Assembly: GCA_002189035.1 (NCBI GenBank)
Contig: NEEC01000188.1
Coordinates: forward strand, 1 to 27,022
Direction: 5' to 3'
Source of the DNA: Utricularia gibba
Lineage: Eukaryota; Plantae; Magnoliophyta
Length of the DNA: 27,022 bases
Below are positions 10,291 to 21,460 of the stretch, piece after piece. Under the pieces are notes generated by a model. It saw nothing but the letters and a program-made list of their open reading frames with translations, ran no database searches and was not told the DNA's origin. The position numbers and the translations under genes were made by a program. How positions within the stretch are numbered: the stretch's first letter is position 1; each line of letters starts with the position of its first letter.

Positions 10291-13200
10291 AAATGCGATT
10301 TGCAACCTCATGAGCCATACAGAATCGGGGTCTGCCTTTTTTTGTTGTGCATTAAAGACCTCCTCAAGTGCCAAGAATTTAAACCATCATGAAACAAGGA
10401 ATCCCAAGTTCCCAGCGAGACTGGCCGCCACAAAACGAGAAGCGGTTCCTTGAAAAACCATGTAGGCAGTAATAAATACATCACTTTATTTGTCGGGCTA
10501 CAACTAACTCTCGGCGCAAGCCAAACCTTACCTTTGTCCGTTCCAGCTGCACCCAAGACCGCCTCCTCAAGTATAAAGTAAGTTGTTGAAAAAATCATGT
10601 GGGTGCACGTGATATCGCAATTTAAACAAATGCATCATTTTTTTTAATCGATTTGCATCCGGTTGACCTCATGAGCCATACAGAATCGGGGTCAAGGACC
10701 AAGTTCCCAGCGAGACTGGCCGCCACAAAACGAGAAGCGGTTCCTTGAAAAACCATGTAGGCAGCCCCGAAAACCGAACGATAATAAATACATCACTTTA
10801 TTTGTCGGGCTACAACTAACTCTCGGCGCAAGCCAAACCTTACCTTTGTCCCGTTCAGCTGCACCCCAAGACCGCCTCCTCAAGTATAAAGTAAGTTGTT
10901 GAAAAATCATGTGGGGTGCACGTGATATCGCAATTTAAACAAATGCATCATTTTTTTAATCGATTTGCATCCGGTTGACCTCATGAGCCATACAGAATCG
11001 GGGTCAAGGACCAAGTTCCCAGCGAGACTGGCCGCCACAAAACGAGAAGCGGTTCCTTGAAAAACCATGTAGGCAGCCCCCGAAAACCGAACGATAATAA
11101 ATACATCACTTTATTTGTCGGGCTACAACTAACTCTCGCCGCAAGCCAAACCTTACCTTTGTCCGTTCCAGCTGCACCCAAGACCGCCTCCTCAAGTATA
11201 AAGTAAGTTGTTGAAAAAATCATGTGGGGTGCACGTGATATCGCAATTTAAACAAATGCATCATTTTTTTTAATCGATTTGCATCCGGTTGACCTCATGA
11301 GCCATACAGAATCGGGGTCAAGGACCAAGTTCCCAGCGAGACTGGCCGCCACAAAACGAGAAGCGGTTCCTTGAAAAACCATGTAGGCAGCCCCGAAAAC
11401 CGAACGATAATAAACATCACTTTATTTGGGGCTACAACTAACTCTCGGCGCAAGCCAAACCTTACCTTTGTCCCGTTCCAGGTGCACCCAAGACCGCCTC
11501 CTCAAGTATAAAGTAAGTTGTTGAAAAATCATGTGGGGCACGTGCAATTTAAACAAATGCATGATTTGCATCCGGTTGACCTCATGAGCCATACAGAATT
11601 CAAGGACCAAGTTCCCAGCGAGACTGGCCGCCACAAAACGAGAAGCGGTTCCTTGAAAAACCATGTAGGCAGCCCCGAAAACCGAACGATAATAAATACA
11701 TCACTTTAACAACTAACTCTCGAAGCCAAACCTTACCTTTGTCATGCACCCAAGACCGCCTCCTCAAGTACATGTGGGGTGCACGTCATTTGCAGCCATA
11801 CAGAATCGGGGTCAAGGACCAAGTTCCCAGCGAGACTGGCCGCCACAAAACGAGAAGCGGTTCCTTGAAAAACCATGTAGGCAGCCCCCGAAAACCGAAC
11901 GATAATAAATACATCACTTTATTTGTCGGGCTACAACTAACTCTCGGCGCAAGCCAAACCTTACCTTTGTCCCGTTCCAGTGCACCCCAAGACCGCCTCC
12001 TCAAGTATAAAGTAAGTTGTTGAAAAAATCATGTGGGGTGCACGTGATATCGCAATTTAAACAAATGCATCATTTTTTTTAATCGATTTGCATCCGGTTG
12101 ACCTCATGAGCCATACAGAATCGGGGTCAAGGACCAAGTTCCCAGCGAGACTGGCCGCCACAAAACGAGAAGCGGTTCCTTGAAAAACCATGTAGGCAGC
12201 CCCCGAAAACCGAACGATAATAAATACATCACTTTATTTGCCGGGCTACAACTAACTCTCGCGCAAGCCAAACCTTACCTTTGTCCCGTTCCAGTGCACC
12301 CCAAGACCGCCTCCTCAAGTATAAAGTAAGTTGTTGAAAAAATCATGTGGGGTGCACATGATATCGCAATTTAAACAAATGCATCATTTTTTTTAATCGA
12401 TTTGCATCGGTTGACCTCATGAGCCATACAAATCGGGGTCAAGGACCAAGTTCCCAGCGAGACTGGCCGCCACAAAACGAGAAGCGGTTCCTTGAAAAAC
12501 CATGTAGGCAGCCCCGAAAACCGAACGATAATAAATACATCACTTTATTGTGGGGCTACTAACTCTCGGCGCAAGCCAAACCTTACCTTTGTCCCGTTCA
12601 AGGTGCACCCCAAGACCGCCTCCCCAAGTATAAAGTAAGTTGTTGAAAAATCATGTGGGGTGCACGTGATATCGCAATTTAAACAAATGCATCATTTTTT
12701 TTAATCGATTTGCATCCGGTTGACCTCATGAGCCATACAGAATCGGGGTCAAGGACCAAGTTCCCAGCGAGACTGGCCGCCACAAAACGAGAAGCGGTTC
12801 CTTGAAAAACCATGTAGGCAGCCCCGAAAACCGAACGATAATAAATACATCACTTTATTTGTCGGGCTACAACTAACTCTCGCGCAAGCCAAACCTTACC
12901 TTTGTCCCGTTCCAGTGCACCCAAGACGCCTCCTCAAGTATAAAGTAAGTTGTTGAAAAAATCATGTGGGGTGCACGTGATATCGCAATTTAAACAAATG
13001 CATCATTTTTTTTAATCGATTTGCATCCGGTTGACCTCATGAGCCATACAGAATCGGGGTCAAGGACCAAGTTCCCAGCGAGACTGGCAGCCACAAAACG
13101 AGAAGCGGTTCCTTGAAAAACCATGTAGGCAGCCCCCGAAAACCGAACGATAATAAATACATCACTTTATTTGTCGGGCTACAACTAACTCTCGGCGCAA

Positions 13201-16200
13201 GCCAAACCTTACCTTTGTCCCGTTTGCACCCCAAGACCGCCTCCTCAAGTATAAAGTAAGTTGTTGAAAAATCATGTGGGGTGCACGTGATATCGCAATT
13301 TAAACAAATGCATCATTTTTTTTAATCGATTTGCATCCGGTTGACCTCATGAGCCATACAGAATCGGGGTCAAGGACCAAGTTCCCAGCGAGACTGGCCG
13401 CCACAAAACGAGAAGCGGTTCCTTGAAAAACCATGTAGGCAGCCCCCGAAAACCGAACGATAATAAATACATCACTTTATTTGCCGGGCTACAACTAACT
13501 CTCGGCGCAAGCCAAACCTTACTTTGTCCGTTCCAGGTGCACCCAAGACCGCCTCCTCAAGTATAAAGTAAGTTGTTGAAAAAATCATGTGGGGTGCACG
13601 TGATATCGCAATTTAAACAAATGCATCATTTTTTTTAATCGATTTGCATCCGGTTGACCTCATGAGCCATACAGAATCGGGGTCAAGGACCAAGTTCCCA
13701 GCGAGACTGGCCGCCACAAAACGAGAAGCGGTTCCTTGAAAAACCATGTAGGCAGCCCCGAAAACCGAACGATAAAAATGTCGGGCTACAACTAACTCTC
13801 GGCGCAAGCCAAACCTTACCTTTGTCCCGTTCATGCACCCAAGACCGCCTACATCACGTGATATCGCAATTTAAACAAATGCATCATTTTTTTTAATCGA
13901 TTTGCATCCGGTTGACCTCATGAGCCATACAGAATCGGGTCAAGGACCAATCCCAGCGAGACTGGCCGCCACAAAACGAGAAGCGGTTCCTTGAAAAACC
14001 ATGTAGGCAGCCCCGAAAACCGAACGATAATAAATACATCACTTTATTTGTCCTACAACTAACTCTCGGCGCAAGCCAAACCTTACCTTTGTCCCGTTCA
14101 GGTGCACCCAAGACGCCTCCTCAAGTATAAAGTAAGTTGTTGAAAAATCATGTGGGTGCACGTGATATCGCAATTTAAACAAATGCATCATTTTTTTAAT
14201 CGATTTGCATCCGGTTGACCTCATGAGCCATACAGAATCGGGGTCAAGGACCAAGTTCCCAGCGAGACTGGCCCACAAAACGAGAAGCGGTTCCTTGAAA
14301 AACCATGTAGCCCCGAAAACCGAACGATAATAAATACATCACTTTATTTGCGGGCTACAACTAACTCTCGCGCAAGCCAAACCTTACCTTTGTCCGTTCC
14401 AGCTGCACCCAAGACCGCCTCCTCAAGTATAAAGTAAGTTGTTGAAAAATCATGTGGGGTGCACATGATATCGCAATTTAAACAAATGCATCATTTTTTT
14501 ATCGATTTGCATCCGGTTGACCTCATGAGCCATACAGAATCGGGGTCAAGGACCAAGTTCCCAGCGAGACTGGCGCCACAAAACGAGAAGCGGTTCCTTG
14601 AAAAACCATGTAGGCAGCCCCGAAAACCGAACGATAATAAATACATCACTTTATTTGCGGCTACAACTAACTCTCCGCAAGCCAAACCTTACCTTTGTCC
14701 CGTTCCAGCTGCACCCCAAGACCGCCTCCTCAAGTATAAAGTAAGTTGTTGAAAAAATCATGTGGGGTGCACATGATATCGCAATTTAAACAAATGCATC
14801 ATTTTTTTTAATCGATTTGCATCGGTTGACCTCATGAGCCATACAAAATCGGGGTAAAGGACCAATTTCCCAGCGAGACTGGCCGCCACAAAACGAGAAG
14901 CGGTTCCTTGAAAAACCATGTAGGCAGCCCCGAAAACCGAACGATATCAAATTTATCACTTTATTTGGGCTACAACTAACTCTCGGCGCAAGCCAAACCT
15001 TACCTTTGTCCCGTTCAAGGTGCACCCCAAGACCGCCTCCCCAAGTATAAAGTAAGTTGTTGAAAAAATCATGTGGGGTGCACGTACAGAATCGGGGTCA
15101 AGGACCAAGTTCCCAGCGAGACTGGCGCCACAAAACGAGAAGCGGTTCCTTGAAAAACCATGTAGGCAGCCCCCGAAAACCGAACGATAATAAATACATC
15201 ACTTTATTTGTCGGGCTACAACTAACTCTCGCGCAAGCCAAACCTTACCTTTGTCCGTTCCAGTGCACCCCAAGACCGCCTCCTCAAGTATAAAGTAAGT
15301 TGTTGAAAAAATCATGTGGGTGCACGTGATATCGCAATTTAAACAAATGCATCATTTTTTTAATCGATTTGCATCCGGTTGACCTCATGAGCCATACAGA
15401 ATCGGGTCAAGGACCAAGTTCCCAGCGAGACTGGCCGCCACAAAACGAGAAGCGGTTCCTTGAAAAAACCATGTAGGCAGCCCCCGAAAACCGAACGATA
15501 ATAAATACATCACTTTATTTGCCGGGCTACAACTAACTCTCGCAAGCCAAACCTTACCTTTGTCCGTTCAGTGCACCCAAGACCGCCTCCTCAAGTATAA
15601 AGTAAGTTGTTGAAAAAATCATGTGGGGTGCACATGATATCGCAATTTAAACAAATGCATCATTTTTAATCGATTTGCATCCGGTTGACCTCATGAGCCA
15701 TACAGAATCGGGTCAAGGACCAAGTTCCCAGCGAGACTGGCCGCCACAAAACGAGAAGCGGTTCCTTGAAAAACCATGTAGGCAGCCCCCGAAAACCGAA
15801 CGATAAAAATACATCACTTTATTTGGCTACAACTAACTCTCGGCGCAAGCCAAACCTTACCTTTGTCCCGTTCCAAGTGCACCCACCGCCTCCTCAAGTA
15901 TAAAGTAAGTTGTTGAAAAAATCATGTGGGTGCACGTGATATCGCAATTTAAACAAATGCATCATTTTTTTTAATCGATTTGCATCCGGTTGACCTCATG
16001 AGCCATACAGAATCGGGGTCAAGGACCAAGTTCCCAGCGAGACTGGCCGCCACAAAACGAGAAGCGGTTCCTTGAAAAACCATGTAGGCCCCGAAAACCG
16101 AACGATAATAAATACATCACTTTATTTGGCTACAACTAACTCTCGCAAGCCAAACCTTACCTTTGTCCCGTTCCAATGCACCCACCGCCTCTCAAGTATA

Positions 16201-19200
16201 AAGTAAGTTGTTGAAAAAATCATGTGGGGTGCACGTGATATCGCAATTTAAACAAATGCATCATTTTTTTAATCGATTTGCATCCGGTTGACCTCATGAG
16301 CCATACAGAATCGGGGTCACCAAGTTCCCAGCGAGACTGGCCGCCACAAAACGAGAAGCGGTTCCTTGAAAAACCATGTAGGCAGCCCCCGAAAACCGAA
16401 CGATAAAAAAATACATCACTTTATTTGCTACAACTAACTCTCGCGCAAGCCAAACCTTACCTTTGTCCCGTTCCAAGTGCACCCCAAGACCGCCTCCTCA
16501 AGTATAAAGTAAGTTGTTGAAAAAATCATGTGGGGTGCACGTGATATCGCAATTTAAACAAATGCATCATTTTTTAATCGATTTGCATCCGGTTTCATGA
16601 ATCGGGGTCAAGGACCAATTTCCCAGCGAGACTGGCCGCCACAAAACGAGAAGCGGTTCCTTGAAAAACCATGTAGGCAGCCCCCGAAAACCGAACGATA
16701 ATAAATACATCACTTTATTTGCTACAACTAACTCTCGGCGCAAGCCAAACCTTACCTTTGTCCCGTTCCAAGTGCACCCAAGACAAGTATAAAGTAAGTT
16801 GTTGAAAAAATCATGTGGGTGCACGTGATATCGCAATTTAAAAAATGCATCATTTTTTTTTAATCGATTTGCATCCGGTTGACCTCATGAGCCATACAGA
16901 ATCGGGGTCAAGGACCAAGTTCCCAGCGAGACTGGCCGCCACAAAACGAGAAGCGGTTCCTTGAAAAACCATGTAGGCAGCCCCGAAAACCGAACGATAA
17001 AAAAAATCACTTTATTTGCCGGGCTACAACTAACTCTCGCCGCAAGCCAAACCTTACCTTTGTCCCGTTCCAGCTGCACCCCAAGACCGCCTCCTCAAGT
17101 ATAAAGTAAGTTGTTGAAAAAATCATGTGGGGTGCACATGATATCGCAATTTAAACAAATGCATCATTTTTTTAATCGATTTGCATCCGGTTGACCTCAT
17201 GAGCCATACAGAATCGGGGTCAAGGACCAAGTTCCCAGCGAGACTGGCGCCACAAAACGAGAAGCGGTTCCTTGAAAAACCATGTAGGCAGCCCCCGAAA
17301 ACCGAACGATAATAAATACATCACTTTATTTGTCGGGCTACAACTAACTCTCGGCGCAAGCCAAACCTTACCTTTGTCCCGTTCAGGTGCACCCCAAGAC
17401 CGCCTCCTCAAGTATAAAGTAAGTTGTTGAAAAAATCATGTGGGGTGCACGTGATATCGCAATTTAAACAAATGCATCATTTTTTTTAATCGATTTGCAT
17501 CCGGTTGACCTCATGAGCCATACAGAATCGGGGTCAAGGACCAAGTTCCCAGCGAGACTGGCCGCCACAAAACGAGAAGCGGTTCCTTGAAAAACCATGT
17601 AGGCAGCCCCGAAAACCGAACGATATAAATACATCACTTTATTTGGGGCTACAACTAACTCTCGCGCAAGCCAAACCTTACCTTTGTCCCGTTCCAGTGC
17701 ACCCCAAGACCGCCTCCTCAAGTATAAAGTAAGTTGTTGAAAAAATCATGTGGGGTGCACGTGATATCGCAATTTAAAAAAGCATCATTTTTTTAATCGA
17801 TTTGCATCGGTTGACCTCATGAGCCACAGAAGACCAAGTTCCAGCGAGACTGGCCGCCACAAAACGAGAAGCGTTCCTTGAAAAACCATGTAGGCAGCCC
17901 CGAAAACCGAACGATAATAAATACATCACTTTATTTGTCGGGCTACAACTAACTCTCGGCGCAAGCCAAACCTTACCTTTGTCCGTTCCAGTGCACCCAA
18001 GACCGCCTCCTCAAGTATAAAGTAGTTGTTGAAAAAATCATGTGGGTGCACGTGATATCGCAATTTAAACAAATGCATCATTTTTTTTAATCGATTTGCA
18101 TCCGGTTGACCTCATGAGCCATACAGAATCGGGTCAAGGACCAAGTTCCCAGCGAGACTGGCCGCCACAAAACGAGAAGCGGTTCCTTGAAAAACCATGT
18201 AGGCAGCCCCCGAAAACCGAACGATAATAAATACATCACTTTATTTGTCGGCTACAACTAACTCTCGGCGCAAGCCAAACCTTACCTTTGTCCCGTTCCT
18301 GCACCCCAAGACCGCCTCCTCAAGTATAAAGTAAGTTGTTGAAAAAAATCATGTGGGGTGCACCAATTTAAACAAATGCATCATTTTTTTTTAATCGATT
18401 TGCATCCGGTTGACCTCATGAGCCATACAGAATCGGGGTCAAGGACCAAGTTCCCAGCGAGACTGGCCGCCACAAAACGAGAAGCGGTTCCTTGAAAAAC
18501 CATGTAGGCAGCCCCGAAAACCGAACGATAATAAATACATCACTTTATTTCCGGGCTACAACTAACTCTCGGCAAGCCAAACCTTACCTTTGTCCGTTCC
18601 AAGTGCCCCCAAGACCGCCTCCTCAAGTATAAAGTAAGTTGTTAAAATCATGTGGGGTGCACGTGATATCGCAATTTAAACAAATGCATCATTTTTTTTA
18701 ATCGATTTGCATCCGGTTGACCTCATGAGCCATACAGAATCGGGGTCAAGGACCAAGTTCCCAGCGAGACTGGCCGCCACAAAACGAGAAGCGTTCCTTG
18801 AAAAACCATGTAGGCAGCCCCCGAAAACCGAACGATAATAAATACATCACTTTATTTGCGGGCTACAACTAACTCTCGGCGCAAGCCAACCTTACCTTTG
18901 TCCTTCCCTGCACCCAAGACCGCCTTCAAGTATAAAGTAAGTTGTTGAAAAATCATGTGGGGTGCACTGATATCGCAATTTAAACAAATGCATCATTTTT
19001 TTAATCGATTTGCATCCGGTTGACCTCATGAGCCATACAGAATCGGGTAAAGGACCAAGTTCCCAGCGAGACTGGCCGCCACAAAACGAGAAGGTTCCTT
19101 GAAAAACCATGTAGGCAGCCCCGAAAACCGAACGATAATAAATACATCACTTTATTTGCCGGGCTACAACTAACTCTCGGCGCAAGCCAAACCTTACCTT

Positions 19201-20809
19201 TGTCCCGTTCCAGTGCACCCAAGACCGCCTCCTCAAGTATAAAGTAAGTTGTTGAAAAAATCATGTGGGGTGCACGTGATATCGCAATTTAAACAAATGC
19301 ATCATTTTTTTTAATCGATTTGCATCCGGTTGACCTCATGAGCCATACAGAATCGGGGTCAAGGACCAAGTTCCCAGCGAGACTGGCCGCCACAAACGAG
19401 AAGCGGTTCCTTGAAAACCATGTAGGCAGCCCCCGAAAACCGAACGATAATAATACATCACTTTATTTGCGGGCTACAACTAACTTCGGGCAAGCCAAAC
19501 CTTACCTTTGTCCGTTCCAGGTGCACCCAAGACGCCTCCTCAAGTATAAAGTAAGTTGTTGAAAAAATCATGTGGGGTGCACGTGATATCGAATTTAAAC
19601 AAATGCAATTTTTTTTAATCGATTTGCATCCGGTTGACCTCATGAGCCATACAGAATCGGGGTCAAGGACCAAGTTCCCAGCGAGACTGGCCGCCACAAA
19701 ACGAGAAGCGGTTCTTGAAAAACCATGTAGGGCCCCCGAAACCGAACGATAATAAATACATCACTTTATTTTGGGCTACAACAACTAAGCCAAACCAACC
19801 TTTGTCCGTTCAGTGCACCCAAGACGCTCCTCAAGTATAAAGTAAGTTGTTGAAAAATCATGTGGGGTGCACGTGATATCGCAATTTAAACAAATGCATC
19901 ATTTTTTTTAATCGATTTGCATCCGGTTGACCTCATGAGCCATACAGAATCGGGGTCAAACCAAGTTCAGCGAGACTGGCCGCCACAAAACGAGAAGCGG
20001 TTCCTTGAAAAACCATGTAGGCAGCCCCGAAAACCGAACGATAATAAATACATCACTTTATTTGGGCTACAATAACTCTCGGCGCAAGCCAAACCTTACC
20101 TTTGCCAGGTGCACCCAAGACGCCCCTCAAGTAAAAGTAAGTTGTTGAAAAAATCATGTGGGGTGCACGTGATATCGCAATTTAAACAAATGCATCATTT
20201 TTTTAATCGATTTGCATCCGGTTGACCTCATGAGCCATACAGAATCGGGGTCAAGGACCAAGTTCCAGCGAGACTGGCCGCCACAAACGAGAAGCGGTTC
20301 CTTGAAAAACATGTAGGCAGCCCGAAAACCGAACGATAATAAATCATCACTTTATTTGACAACTAACTCTCGGCGCAAGCCAAACCTTACTTTGTCCGTT
20401 TGCACCAAGACAAGTATAAAGTAAGTTGTTGAAAAACATGTGGGTGCACGTGATATCGCAATTTAAACAAATGCATCATTTTTTTTAATCGATTTGCATC
20501 CGGTTGACCTCATGAGCCATACAGAATCGGGGTCAAGGACCAAGTTCCCAGCGAGACTGGCCGCCACAAAACGAGAAGCGGTTCCTTGAAAAACCATGTA
20601 GGCAGCCCGAAAACCGAACGATAATAAATACATCACTTTATTTGCCGCAACTAACTCTCGCCAAGCCAAACCTTACATGCACCAAGACAAGTATAAAGTA
20701 AGTTGTTGAAAAATCATGTGGGGTGCACATGATATCGCAATTTAAACAAATGCATCATTTTTTTTAATCGATTTGCATCCGGTTGACCTCATGAGCCATA
20801 CAGAATCGG

Positions 20810-21460
20810 GGTTTGGCCGCCACAAACGAGAAGCGGTTCCTTGAAAAACCATGTAGGCAAAAATAATAAATACATCACTTTATTTGCTGGCAAGCGAGTG
20901 CTCCTCAAGTATAAAGTAAGTTGTTGAAAAAATCATGTGGGGTGCACGTGAATATCGTTTAAACAAATGCATCATGATTTGCATCCGGTTGACCTCATGA
21001 GCCATACAGAATCGGGGTCAAGGACCAAGTTCCAGCGAGACTTTCCTTGAAAAACCATGTTGAGGCGCAAGCCAAAACCTTAACCCAAGACAAGTATAAA
21101 GTAAAAAAAATCCACCGCAATTGCATCCCATCAGTCGAAGGACCCTGTAAAAACCATGTTGTAGTTAAATGTCGCACCGCGCGATTTGCAACCTCATGAG
21201 CCATACAGACATTTTTCCTTGAAAAACCATGTTCATCACTTTATTTTACAACTAACAAGCCAAACCTTAAAGTGCACCACGTGGGGTGCACGTGATATCG
21301 GATACCTCATGAGCCATAGAATCGGGTTTTTGAAGTGTTTAAGAAGCGAGTTGTACACACGTGATATCCAAATGCAGCAACCTTTCCCAAGTTTTAAATG
21401 TTGACGTAAAGAACACCAGGCAACCGAATTCGGGGTTTTTGATGTTCATTTAAGTGAATC
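20810..21460. other. Heavily degraded/compressed patch containing fragments of roughly 4-5 units
   Basis: Unit fragments (CTCATGAGCCATA, AAAAACCATGT, CACGTGATATC, AAGCCAAACCTT) recur at much shorter than 316-bp spacing and are interleaved with unalignable bases. Confidence 0.75.

Noticed and set aside
21160-21450. Reverse-orientation unit fragments (GTTGTAG, TTCGGGGTTTTT) suggesting an inversion
   Set aside because: Matches are 7-8 nt at most and equally explained by noisy forward fragments such as GAATCGGGGT.
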